Of a DNA stretch of 64,000 nt, positions 41,421 through 51,296 are shown piece by piece. The notes beneath the pieces are model-generated. The model had not been told where the DNA came from. It saw nothing but the letters and a program-made list of their open reading frames with translations, and made no database searches. The translations under genes were made by a program, and so were the position numbers. The stretch spans positions 1,440,001 to 1,504,000 of the forward strand of contig CAWDXG010000001.1 of assembly GCA_963806225.1 (NCBI GenBank), written 5' to 3'. Numbering within the stretch: the first letter of the stretch is position 1; each line of letters starts with the position of its first letter. This DNA comes from an uncultured delta proteobacterium (GTDB lineage Bacteria; Myxococcota_A; Polyangia; Polyangiales; Polyangiaceae).

Positions 41421-43304
41421 GCGACCGACCCGACGGCCGCCAGGGGCGTCTGGCGCTCGCGCTGCTTGCACTGATGACGGCGCTGTTCGTCGGCTACATC
41501 TGGCAGTTCGTCCCGCACCTGACCAACAACTTCTTCGGAGACGTTGAATTCACCGGTTGGAGCGGTCCGATCGGGGCGCGCATTGCGGCCGGGGAGCGAC
41601 CCTATGTCGACTTCGTGCTCCCGATTCCGCCCGGCAGCTTCGTTCTGCTCGCGGCCGCGGCGCGCGTGGCCGGTCGCTCGCTGCTCCTGCACGAGCTTGG
41701 CTCGAACGCGCTGATCCACCTGTCCATGGGGCTCGTGGCCTATGCGATTGCGGTGCGCCTGACGACGCGTACGAACGCGGTTCTGGTCGCGTTGTGCACG
41801 CTGGTTACCGTCGTCGGTTTCAACAAGGAGTGCGCCTACGATCACACGGCGCAGATCGTTGCGTGGCTCGGCGTGACGGTCGGGCTCGGCGCCCTGCTAG
41901 CCCCGCGCGGAGCCAGGCGCGCGCGCTGGTGGGCGGCGGCCGGGCTTCTTTCGTCGTTCACGATCGCGTTCAAACAGAGCACCGGGGTCGGCGCGATCGT
42001 CGGCTGGGGCGCCGCGCTGTCCTATCTCGCCGTGGTGGAGCTGGTTTCGGGTCACCGCGAGCGGGTGCGCCGGCTCGCCGGGGACCTCTTGTGGTGGGGC
42101 GCCGGGGTAGCGGGCGGGCTCGTCCTGGTCGCGTCGATGCTGTGGGCGCTCGGCAGCACGCTGCCCGCGTTCTTCCAGGCGGTCTTCGTCGACGGGCCGC
42201 ACCTCAAGGGCGGCGCACCGCATCTGGTGACCATCCTCGCGTCGTACCTGCTCGCGTCCAGGGCCTATCCGGCCGCCATCGGGTTCGGGCTGCTGCTGGT
42301 GTTCGCCGGTAGCCGCATCCTGCGCGCGCACGGCGGGCTGCACATCGGCGACGAACCGGCGCGGAGGCGCCGCTCGGCGGGCGCGCGGCCCTGGTGATCG
42401 CAGCGGCGATGCTGGTCACGTTCGGCATTGGCCATCGGGCTGCTGCTGTCGACCCGGTGGGACGCCTCGACCCCGCCTGGGTGCACTGGGCGGATCGCTT
42501 CCGGCAGGTGCCCGCCTTCGGGCTCGTGTTCGGCGGTGCGTTCCTGGTCGCGCACCTCAGGCGCGTCCCCGCCGACGACGCGGAGCCCAGCGACGATGCT
42601 CCGCGCGTCGGCCACATCATCAACGCGCTGGTCATCGTCGACGCTCGCCGTCTCGCTCCTGCACAACACGTCCGCGCCCGAGTTCCGCGCGTTCTACGAC
42701 AACAACCCGATTATTCCCGTGGCGTTCCTGTTCCTGTTCGTGGGGCTCGATCGCGCGGGGCTCGCGCCCGTCAAGGGGCTGGTGGTGGTGCTGGCGCTGT
42801 GCTCGCTGTTCGGCAACAAGCTGGGACGGGCGCTGGATGCGCGCACGCCGGTGGGCGACCGTGGCTTCTGGGCCGGCATGCAGGTGAGCCCGCGCGGCGC
42901 CGTGGCTCTGCGCGCCGTCCGGCGCATCCGGCAGCTGGCGGGCCCCGACGAGACGGTGCTGGTGCTGCCGGAAGACGTGGATTTCGCCGCGGAGATGGGA
43001 CGTGCCGCGCCCGAAGCTGCGCGGCGCGATTGTGTTCGTGGACCAGTACCCGGAGCGGCTTGCAGCGCGGGACATCCGCTGGCTCCGGGCGCACCCGCCC
43101 AAGGTAATCGTTATCCACCCGAACCACCCGACCCAGTGGGCGCAGCTGTTCCGCATCTGGTCGGGCGACAGCGGGGCCGAGCACGTTCTGCGCTTCGTGC
43201 TGCGGGACCTGCTGCCGCGCGATTACCGCCGCGACAGCACCTATCCCACGCAGTTCCTCTGGCACCGCGCGACCCTCGAGGTGTGGGTGCGAAAGTCGAA
43301 GTAG
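41417..43304 (+). CDS. GT-C-like membrane glycosyltransferase B2, tandem paralog of B1 (at least 3 frameshifts, near 42362, 42640 and 43003)
   Basis: GDVE, GERPYVDFVLPIPPG, ECAYD, FKQ, VLVLPED, LRGAIVFVDQYPERLA. Pieces in ORFs 41417, 42394, 42428 and 43002 are collinear with B1. Confidence 0.6.
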
Positions 43305-43337
43305 ACGGGCTGTGCACGCGGAGCCATGCTCCCGGCG

Positions 43338-45566
43338 ATGAGCGCGGAGCCCCGTCTCGAGCAGGCGCTGGTCGGCAGCGCGGTGCTGGCTGCGCTCTCT
43401 CGCGATGAACGGCGGCTACTGTTCGACTCGCTCGAGTCGATCGAGGTCGCGCCGGGCGAGGTGGTGGTGCGCGAAGGCGATCACGACCGCGCCATGTACT
43501 TCGTCGTGTCCGGGACAGGGCGCATGTTGCGCGGCGGGCTCGATCTCGGGACGATCGGTCCCGGTGAGCACTTCGGCGAGCTCGCCCTGGTGTCCGAGCG
43601 CGAGCGCGCAGCGTCCATCGTTGCCGTCACGCAGCTCGAGCTGGCGCGCCTGGCGTTGCCCGTCTACGGCCGGCTGTGCGACGAGCACCCGGCGTTCGCC
43701 TTGCACCTGCTCACCGCGGTGCTCGGCGGGGTCGCGGCGCGTCTGGTCGAGATGACCGAGAGCGTTGGCGCGCTGCTCCGCGAGCGCTCGCTGCCGCGCC
43801 GCACCCAGGTCGAGGTACGCCTGGGCGACGAAGTCCTTCGCGTCCGCACCGGAACGCGCGCGCTCGAGCTCCTGCCGTCCACGGTGGAAGGACGCCCGGT
43901 CGTCGCGGCGTTGGTGGATCGCAAGGCGGTTTCGCTGGCGGCGCCCATCTCTTCCGATTGCGAGCTGTCGATGCTGACGACCGCGCACTGGGAGGGGCAG
44001 CGCATCTACCGTCACAGTCTGGGTCTGCTGCTCCTGGAAGCGGGGCACGATCTCCATCCCGGGCTCTCGCTCCGGCTGGGTCATTCCGTCGGTTTCGCGC
44101 AGCACGTGTTCGTCGACGGCGACGCGGCTCCGCCGCGTGACGGACTTGCCCGCGCGGTCGAGGCACGCATGCACGCGCTGGCCTCCGCCGAGCAGCCGCT
44201 GCTGGAGGAGTGGTGGACGGTGGACGAAGCGCGCGATCACTTCACGGCGGCGGGCTGGTCCGACGCGGCGGCGCTGCTCGGTACGTGGCGCGATCCGGCG
44301 GTTCCGCTCGTATCCTACGGCAGAGTCTACGCGCTGAACATGGGACCGCTGCTCTCGAGCACGGGGCGTCTGGAAGCGTTCCGCGTGCTGCCGGACCACG
44401 ACGGGCTGCTGCTCATGTACGGGCCGAAAGCGGGCTCCCGGCCTCCACCTCCGCTCAGCGTGCCGCCGGCCGACGACGCGGCGGAGCTGATCTCGGCGGC
44501 GATGGCGGATGCAGCCAGCGAGGACGCGCCGCCTCCTTCTTCCAGCCGCATCGTGTCCGAGGCGCGCGCCGTGTCGCACCAGACGACCGGCATGACGCTT
44601 GATCAGGCACGCTGGCTCGCCACGCTCGACGTGACCAGCGTCGGGGCCTTCAACAGCGCCTGCATCGGTCAGGACGTGTCGCAGCTGATTCGCGTGAGCG
44701 AGGGCTTCCAGGAGAAGCGCATCAGCCGCATCGCCGACGAGATCCGCGATCGCGGCCGCGACATCAAGGTCGTGACCATCGCCGGGCCGTCGTCATCCGG
44801 GAAGACAACCTTCATCAAGCGGCTGAAGGTGCAGCTCCAGGTCAACGGGATCAATCCCGTGGGGCTGTCGCTCGACGACTACTACGTCGATCGCGAGCTG
44901 AATCCGCGCGACGAAAACGGCGAGTACGACTTCGAGGCGTTCGAAGCGCTGCGAGCGGATCTGCTCCAGGAGCACCTCGGGGCGTTGCTCGCCGGGCGCG
45001 CGGTCCGTACCGCTCACTACGACTTCCCGTCCGGCCACAGCGCTTCCGACGGCGGTCCGGAAATTGGACTCGGTCCGAACGACCTCTTGATGCTCGAGGG
45101 GATCCATGGGCTCAATCCGCGGCTGCTTGCCAGCATCCCGTCTGCGCGCGTGTTCCGCGTGTTCATCTGCCCGCTGATGCAGTTGCCCTTCGATCGGCTC
45201 ACGCGTCTGCACTCTTCCGACGTGCGGCTGCTCCGCCGCATCGTGCGTGATCGCCACGCGCGCGGCACCAACGCAGCCGACAACATCCTGCGCTGGCCGT
45301 CGGTGCGGGCAGGGGAGCGCCGGCACATTTTCCCCTTCCAGCACCACGCCCACGCGGTCTTCGATTCCTCGCTGCTCTACGAGCTGAGCGTGCTCAAGGT
45401 CTACGCCGAGCGCTACCTGCTGGAAGTTCCGGACGACGGCCCCGCCTACACCACCGCCTTCCGCCTGCTACAGCTCGTGGATCGCTTCGTCACCATCTAC
45501 CCCGACCACGTGCCGCCCACCTCGCTCCTGCGCGAGTTCATCGGCGGCAGCGGCTTCGAGTACTGA
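43338..45566 (+). CDS. cNMP-binding domain fused to ThrRS-N-terminal-like region and uridine/nucleoside kinase
   Basis: FGELAL...RAAS cNMP cassette; GQRIYRHSL (TGS/ThrRS-like); AGPSSSGKTT P-loop, SLDDYY, EGIHGLNP, RRIVRD, SLLREFIGGS. Confidence 0.88.
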   Translation: MSAEPRLEQALVGSAVLAALSRDERRLLFDSLESIEVAPGEVVVREGDHDRAMYFVVSGTGRMLRGGLDLGTIGPGEHFGELALVSERERAASIVAVTQLELARLALPVYGRLCDEHPAFALHLLTAVLGGVAARLVEMTESVGALLRERSLPRRTQVEVRLGDEVLRVRTGTRALELLPSTVEGRPVVAALVDRKAVSLAAPISSDCELSMLTTAHWEGQRIYRHSLGLLLLEAGHDLHPGLSLRLGHSVGFAQHVFVDGDAAPPRDGLARAVEARMHALASAEQPLLEEWWTVDEARDHFTAAGWSDAAALLGTWRDPAVPLVSYGRVYALNMGPLLSSTGRLEAFRVLPDHDGLLLMYGPKAGSRPPPPLSVPPADDAAELISAAMADAASEDAPPPSSSRIVSEARAVSHQTTGMTLDQARWLATLDVTSVGAFNSACIGQDVSQLIRVSEGFQEKRISRIADEIRDRGRDIKVVTIAGPSSSGKTTFIKRLKVQLQVNGINPVGLSLDDYYVDRELNPRDENGEYDFEAFEALRADLLQEHLGALLAGRAVRTAHYDFPSGHSASDGGPEIGLGPNDLLMLEGIHGLNPRLLASIPSARVFRVFICPLMQLPFDRLTRLHSSDVRLLRRIVRDRHARGTNAADNILRWPSVRAGERRHIFPFQHHAHAVFDSSLLYELSVLKVYAERYLLEVPDDGPAYTTAFRLLQLVDRFVTIYPDHVPPTSLLREFIGGSGFEY

Positions 45567-45570
45567 GCGG

Positions 45571-47988
45571 CTATCCCGTCTCTGCTTCCGCGGGCGATGC
45601 CTCGCTCGTGCTCTCTTCTGCGTCCCGCGCGCGTTTCGCACCTCGCTGCATCCCGGCGACGGCGACCAGCAGGAGCACGTAGCAGCCCGCTGCGACGAAC
45701 ATCAGCTGGGTCAAGCCGTAGACGAGTGCGATGAGGATCGCCGCGCTGCTGGCGAGCACACTGCCCATGCCGTTGATGCCCCAGAGCCAGGGCGTCTCCT
45801 CGCCGTGGGCCTGTCGCGCCATGCGCAGCCCAGCGGGAAACGCGAGGCCCAGCGGCAGACCCACTACTGCCGTGATGGCTACGGCAAACCCGATGCGCGT
45901 TCCGAGCGGGGCAGCCTCCATCCCCGGCGCGACCCGCGGCCAGATCGTGGCCACCGCCGCGACCGCCAGTGCCAGCAGCAGCGGGTAGACGTAGCACCAC
46001 GGTGCGCGTGACAGCGGCAGGCGGTCGCTCACGAGCGAGCCCAGCCCGGCGAAGCCGACCAGGCTCGCCAACACTACGATCAGGCTGTATTCCGGCTCGC
46101 CCAGCACCACGCTCAGCCGCTGCAGGAGCGCTATCTCCGCGAGCATGAAGCCGACGCCGATGGTCCCGAAGTAGAGCAGCGCCGCCCACAGTCCGCGTCC
46201 GGTGTGCCCGGTGGGTTTCGCGCGTCGCGAGAGCGGAAAGTAGATGGCGCCGAACACCAGGACCAGCGACGCGAAGAACGCCAGGCCCAGCGCGCGCGTG
46301 GCCAGAAGGTTGCCCTCGATGGTGCCGCGCGTGACGCTGGGCAGGGGGTGCCAGAGCGCGGGCAGCCGGATGACGTTGAAGAAGAACGGCCGATCGTCGG
46401 TCGGCGGACGGAAATCCAGAAGCGGCTCCAGCGCGATCCGGTCGAGCTCGGCGCGGCTGTGCGCCCACAGCATCTGGTCGAGCCGCCGCGCGCGCGGATG
46501 GTGATGCGGCGAGGCGACCACGGCGAAGCCCATGTTCTTCGCGACCTGGTCCAGCGTGCGCTCGTCCTGCACGGTCAGGGGGTCGCGGCCGACCAGCAGC
46601 GTGGTCACCGGTCCCGAGTTGATGAGCGCGATGTGGGTGCCCGGCTGCTTCACGCCGCGGTCGAGCAGCGCCGCGGCAGCCAGCGACGCCAGGCGACCCG
46701 TTTCCACGGTGGCCCAGCGCGACACAGTGAAGATACCGCCCGGCGACAGGTGGTCCAGAAACACCCGCCAGGCGTCGACGGTGTAGAGCCCATTTTCGCC
46801 GAGCGCGTGTGCGCCCGCGCCCGTCGCTGCCCAGGTATCGATGAGCGACGCCTGGATCACCTGGAAGTGCCGGGGCGTCCGCGCCAGCCAGCTGCGCGCC
46901 TCGTCGTGGACCAGCTTCACATCCGGGCGCTCGGCGACCCCGGTCGGCGCGCCGAGCGGGCCGCGCAGGATCTGCAGCAGACGATCGTTGAACTCGATGC
47001 CCACCACCGGCGAGTGACCGAACTTCAGCGCGGCCTGGATATCCCGCGAGCCGCCGACGCCGATGATGGCCGCCGGCCCGTGTGGGCGGATGGAGTGGAC
47101 GATGTTCGTCACGTCGCAGCCCAGGAAGTTCAGCTTCCCGAGCGGCTCCAGGTACAGCGGGGTGGCGGCGTGCCCGTCGATCACGATGTTGCGCTGCAGG
47201 ACCAGCGGATCGCCGCACTTCGGTCCGCGTCCCCAGAAGAGGGCCGGAGCGAGCACCTCCTTCATCACCTGCACGCGTGAGTGGCTGTTCCACAGCTCGA
47301 CATCCACGAGGTCGCGGTTCTCGGGCATGCCCTTCGCCCAGAGCGGCACCAGACCGCGGTGGCCGAGCGAGTTGAGCAGGCACAGTGCCAGCATGCCGCC
47401 GGCCAGCACTCCGCCCCGCCGGATGTCGCGCCGCGTGCCGCCCGCCCAGGAGAAGCACGCCGACGCCAGTGCTCCCACGACGGCCATCGACAGGATGGCC
47501 GTGCCGCCGCCCGCCCGGATCAGGAGTGGAACCAGCGGCGCGCCGACGGCCGCACCCAGCAGATCCACGGCGTACACGCGGCCGACCGGAAACGGCGTGC
47601 GCGTCACGGCCGCCGCCACGATGCGCCCGGCGGGATAGAACGGCAGGGCGATCGCACCCGAAAAAGCGATGAACAACACTACCGTGGTGGCCACGGCCTC
47701 CGTGCGCAGCGGCACGATGAGCAGCAGCACGTAGCTCACTGGCACCGCCCAGGCGAGCCAGCGCGCGTCGCGCGTGAGCGAGGCAGCGAGCCTGCTACCG
47801 GTGTACTCGTCGCTCTTCAGGTACACATGCACGGCGCCGGCAGTCAGGCCGAACAGGCCCATGGCAATCACGAGGAACGCGAGCGAGTACCACGTGAGCA
47901 CCGAGAGCAGACGCGTGTCGAGCACCTCGAGCGCGAGGGTCGAGCCGGTAACGAGAAACAGCCCGAGCAGGAACGGCCCCTGCCTCAT
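45571..47988 (-). CDS. Polytopic membrane protein with inserted SAM-binding (spermidine synthase-like) domain, copy 3
   Basis: VYAVDLLGA, WNSHSRV, IIGVGGSRD, DEARSW, ENGLYT, PTDDRPFFF, FMLAEIALLQR, WGINGMGSV. Confidence 0.85.
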   Translation of the reverse strand: MRQGPFLLGLFLVTGSTLALEVLDTRLLSVLTWYSLAFLVIAMGLFGLTAGAVHVYLKSDEYTGSRLAASLTRDARWLAWAVPVSYVLLLIVPLRTEAVATTVVLFIAFSGAIALPFYPAGRIVAAAVTRTPFPVGRVYAVDLLGAAVGAPLVPLLIRAGGGTAILSMAVVGALASACFSWAGGTRRDIRRGGVLAGGMLALCLLNSLGHRGLVPLWAKGMPENRDLVDVELWNSHSRVQVMKEVLAPALFWGRGPKCGDPLVLQRNIVIDGHAATPLYLEPLGKLNFLGCDVTNIVHSIRPHGPAAIIGVGGSRDIQAALKFGHSPVVGIEFNDRLLQILRGPLGAPTGVAERPDVKLVHDEARSWLARTPRHFQVIQASLIDTWAATGAGAHALGENGLYTVDAWRVFLDHLSPGGIFTVSRWATVETGRLASLAAAALLDRGVKQPGTHIALINSGPVTTLLVGRDPLTVQDERTLDQVAKNMGFAVVASPHHHPRARRLDQMLWAHSRAELDRIALEPLLDFRPPTDDRPFFFNVIRLPALWHPLPSVTRGTIEGNLLATRALGLAFFASLVLVFGAIYFPLSRRAKPTGHTGRGLWAALLYFGTIGVGFMLAEIALLQRLSVVLGEPEYSLIVVLASLVGFAGLGSLVSDRLPLSRAPWCYVYPLLLALAVAAVATIWPRVAPGMEAAPLGTRIGFAVAITAVVGLPLGLAFPAGLRMARQAHGEETPWLWGINGMGSVLASSAAILIALVYGLTQLMFVAAGCYVLLLVAVAGMQRGAKRARDAEESTSEASPAEAETG

Positions 47989-48051
47989 GGGCGCGTCTTC
48001 AGGGGAGGACAAGGGGTACAGCTCAGGGCCCCCGGGAAACCTGGACGCTGC

Positions 48052-48390
48052 TCATCCAGGCTTCTTGTCGCCGTCCGGGGCCGTGGGAGGGGGCGGGTGC
48101 GAATGCGAGCTCGAGGACGTGCGGCTGCGGTACGAGAGGTTGGACGCTTCCTGGTAGAGCTCCTTGGCTCCGGGCGTTTTCGGATTCCGCCGCATCAGTT
48201 GGATCAGGCGCTGCTGCGCAGGCCCGGGTTGGAGCGAGCCTTCGAACAACGCGAGCTTGATGCGCAGCACGGCGAACGCTTCGTGGTCTCCGCCGACCTG
48301 GCCGAGCGCGTCCCGCGCGCCATCGAGATCGCCCGCTTCGAGCAGCTGATCGATGAACTCGTACTCCTCCGGCACGTCGGCAGCGCCCAT
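48052..48390 (-). CDS. Small hypothetical helical protein
   Basis: Protein-like composition with GC3 bias; extended -10 TGGTAACCT 6 nt before the ATG. Confidence 0.65.
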   Translation of the reverse strand: MGAADVPEEYEFIDQLLEAGDLDGARDALGQVGGDHEAFAVLRIKLALFEGSLQPGPAQQRLIQLMRRNPKTPGAKELYQEASNLSYRSRTSSSSHSHPPPPTAPDGDKKPG

Positions 48391-48611
48391 GGGTCGAGGT
48401 TACCAGGAGATGGCCGCCCACGGCGCCCGGAAACCGCCCTCCCCGGCCCGCCGGCTCGCATGATAACCGCTGGATATGCCGCGGCTTGCCGCGGTAGATT
48501 GAAACCGGGCGCTAGTTGGGCTCCCCCGTGGTAGCAGTTCCGCGCGCGTGATACGGTGCCGGGCCGTTCGGGCGGGTCGTCGCTTCGAGCCAGTCGTTTT
48601 TTCTACGGAAC

Positions 48612-49469
48612 ATGTCGAAGGAGCACAAGGGCAGGAGAGGCGGGTCCAGCGATGCGCCGCCGCCGGACCTGAAGAAGGAACGGGATCAGTTCCTGCAGAA
48701 CTTCTCCAAGGGGGCCAGGTTGACGGAGGAGTTCATCCAGGAGCACGAGCGCGTCCAGGGCCGTCTGCAGGATCTCGAGAAAGAGAACGCCCAGCTCCGC
48801 GCCAAGGTCGAGGCGGACGACGCCGTTCGCGAGCTGCTCGGCAAGATCGCCCAGCTCGAACGCGACAAGAGCGAGCTACTCTCCAGGTTCCACGAGGCGG
48901 AAGCCGTCTCGACCCAGTTCAGCGAGCGTTTCCAGGAGGTCGAGTCCGAGTTCGCGAACATGGCCAACCTGTTCGTAGCCAGCAACCAGCTGCACTCCAC
49001 GCTCTCGCCCCGCGGCGTGACCCGCCGCATCAAGGAAGTGCTGGCGCAGCTGGTAGGGGCCGAGTCCTACGGCGTGTACCTCGGGAATCCCGACTCCAGC
49101 GAGCTGGTGCCCATTGCGTCCGAGGGCGTGGTCGGCGACCGGCTGGTGCCTCTGCGTCTGCCGGACGACAGCCGTGTGGACGAAGTGGTCCGGACGGCGT
49201 CTGCCTGGATGGACGAGGACGGCGACCCGAGTCAGGGCAGTATTGAAAAGCCCCCGGCCGTCATCCCGCTCAGCGTCGACGACAAGGTCGTCGGCGTGAT
49301 TGTCATCTTCTCGACGCTGTCGCAGAAAAAGAAATTCGACACTATCGACTTCGAGCTCTTCAAGCTGCTCGGCCAGCACGCGGCGGCCGCACTCGTCAGC
49401 GCCAGCCTGTTCGTGCAGGCCGGCCGGAAGATCCCCGGGTTGGAAGCGTTCCTCGATCTCAGCGTGTGA
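48612..49469 (+). CDS. Coiled-coil + GAF domain protein
   Basis: Heptad-rich N-half; GAF-like C-half (IPLSVDDKVVGVIVIF...FELFKLLGQHAAAAL). Confidence 0.85.
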   Translation: MSKEHKGRRGGSSDAPPPDLKKERDQFLQNFSKGARLTEEFIQEHERVQGRLQDLEKENAQLRAKVEADDAVRELLGKIAQLERDKSELLSRFHEAEAVSTQFSERFQEVESEFANMANLFVASNQLHSTLSPRGVTRRIKEVLAQLVGAESYGVYLGNPDSSELVPIASEGVVGDRLVPLRLPDDSRVDEVVRTASAWMDEDGDPSQGSIEKPPAVIPLSVDDKVVGVIVIFSTLSQKKKFDTIDFELFKLLGQHAAAALVSASLFVQAGRKIPGLEAFLDLSV

Positions 49470-49472
49470 CAC

Positions 49473-49850
49473 ATGGCGGAATACTCCTGTCTTATCGTTG
49501 AAGACTCGCCGATGATGCGGCAGCTTCTCGTCTTCGCTCTGGCCCGCGTGAAGAACCTGCGCGTCACCGAGGCGGACGACGGCGTCGATGGCCTGCGCAA
49601 GCTTGCCTCGGCGCGCTACGACATCATCGTGACCGACATCAATATGCCGATCATGGACGGCCTGAAGCTCGTCAAGCGCGTGCGCAGCGATCCGGTCCAC
49701 AAGGACACGCCTATCGTGATCATCACGACCGAGGGCTCGCAGGAGGATCGGCAGCGCGCTCTGCAGCTCGGCGCCAACGCCTACATCACCAAGCCGATCC
49801 AGGCGCCGCAGGTCATCGCTACCGTCAAGGAGCTGCTCCAGATCGAGTAG
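49473..49850 (+). CDS. Single-domain CheY-like response regulator
   Basis: VEDS, TDINMP, IITT, YITKP. Confidence 0.93.
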   Translation: MAEYSCLIVEDSPMMRQLLVFALARVKNLRVTEADDGVDGLRKLASARYDIIVTDINMPIMDGLKLVKRVRSDPVHKDTPIVIITTEGSQEDRQRALQLGANAYITKPIQAPQVIATVKELLQIE

Positions 49851-49873
49851 CGCCAGGGCGGCCGGAGCGCCGC

Positions 49874-50488
49874 ATGTGGGTCAAGATCTGCGGCATCACG
49901 CGCGTCGATGACGCGCTCTCGGTGGTCGGCGCCGGCGCCGACGCCGTCGGGTTGAACTTCGTGCCGTCGTCGCCGAGGTACGTCGAGGACGCATCCGCCG
50001 GCGCGATCGCGGAGGCGGTGCGTGGGCGCGTCCAGCTCGTGGGCGTGGTGGCGGACCTCGGCGCAGCGGCGATGCGCGCGCTCCGCGACCGCTTCGGGCT
50101 CGATCTGCTGCAGCTCCATGGCGACGAGCCGCCCGATCTGCTCGAGGCGGTCCTGCCAGCCGCGTACAAGGCGCTCCGCATCGGCAGCGGCGAGGACGTG
50201 GCCCGCGCCGACGGCTACGGGGGCGAGCGGCTGCTGGCGGATGCACGCGTCGACGGCGCGCTGGGCGGCACCGGAACAAGCTTCGACTGGCGGCTGGTGC
50301 GCGAGCTCGCGCGTCGTCGCCGGCTGATCCTTGCCGGAGGTCTGACGCCCGACAACGTCGCCCGCGCTGTCCAGAGCGTCCGTCCCTGGGGCGTCGACGT
50401 GGCGAGTGGCGTCGAGCGCTCCGCGCGCGAGAAGGATCCGGAAGCCGTGCGGCGCTTCATCGCCGGCGCGCGCGCGGCAGAGCGCTAG
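49874..50488 (+). CDS. trpF: N-(5'-phosphoribosyl)anthranilate isomerase
   Basis: VKICGIT, SPRYV, QLHGDE, GGTG, LAGGLTPDNV, GVDVASGVE. Confidence 0.95.
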   Translation: MWVKICGITRVDDALSVVGAGADAVGLNFVPSSPRYVEDASAGAIAEAVRGRVQLVGVVADLGAAAMRALRDRFGLDLLQLHGDEPPDLLEAVLPAAYKALRIGSGEDVARADGYGGERLLADARVDGALGGTGTSFDWRLVRELARRRRLILAGGLTPDNVARAVQSVRPWGVDVASGVERSAREKDPEAVRRFIAGARAAER

Positions 50489-50529
50489 CGCCCTGGCCCC
50501 GCCACGGCTGCCCGTGTAGAAAGACGCCC

Positions 50530-51294
50530 GTGTCCCGCTCCACTCCGCTGGCGGTCGTCGCTACTTCGCTCCTGACCGTCTCGTGTCACGGCTCGCTGGT
50601 ACGCGGCGGCACGACGGTCGCGGCGGGCCACGAGCCGGCGGCGCACCCCCTGGCGGCCTACAACGCGGTGGATTGCCACGATGCCAGCGGCGGGCCGGTC
50701 GAGTACGCGTCGCGCGTGTTCGTCGTCGAGAAGAAGGGCAAGCAGCTCGCCGCGGTCGAGACGCGCTCGGGCTTCGACTCGCTCGTCGTCGACAACAGCT
50801 TCGCGGAGGGCGACAGCCGCGTGTTCCAGGCCGTGGTGAAGCCGCGGGACGGCACGGCGCTGCTGCACGAATTCCGGGTGCCCGCGGGTCCCCCGGGTCC
50901 CGGCACGCTGGTCGTCACCTCGAGCTGGAAGGAGACCAGCACCGCCCAGGGCGGGTTCAAGGCGCTGGCCGACAAGCCGTCCATCAGCTGCCGGCTGGCG
51001 CCGCCCGGGTCCAATCCGGAGACGCCCGGAGCGACCCCGGACGCTCGGGCCGGCACGGCGGACGCCGGAGCGGTCGCCGCCGAAGGGGGGGCCCAGCCGC
51101 CCGTTCCTGCCAGCCTCGGCGTTCCGGACGTGCAGGATAGCTACCAGCCCGGCGCTCATGTGGCGGTGGATCGCGACGGCGCGGTGGTCCGGGCGCGGGT
51201 GGTGCAGGCCGTGAATGGCCGCTACTACGTCGAGTACGACGCCGGCGGCAGCGAGTGGATCGACAACAGCCGGATCCGGGGCAAGATCCGCTGA
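50530..51294 (+). CDS. Lipoprotein with C-terminal Tudor/Agenet-like (SH3-type) domain
   Basis: Lipobox TVSC; Pro/Ala linker; YQPGAHVAV...[30 protein letters not shown]. Confidence 0.65.
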   Translation: MSRSTPLAVVATSLLTVSCHGSLVRGGTTVAAGHEPAAHPLAAYNAVDCHDASGGPVEYASRVFVVEKKGKQLAAVETRSGFDSLVVDNSFAEGDSRVFQAVVKPRDGTALLHEFRVPAGPPGPGTLVVTSSWKETSTAQGGFKALADKPSISCRLAPPGSNPETPGATPDARAGTADAGAVAAEGGAQPPVPASLGVPDVQDSYQPGAHVAVDRDGAVVRARVVQAVNGRYYVEYDAGGSEWIDNSRIRGKIR

Positions 51295-51296
51295 CC

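Noticed and set aside
27027..47988. Polyamine biosynthesis cluster (three speE genes)
   Set aside because: The GGG(D/E)G motif is absent and there is no speD or decarboxylase nearby, so the speE symbol was not assigned.
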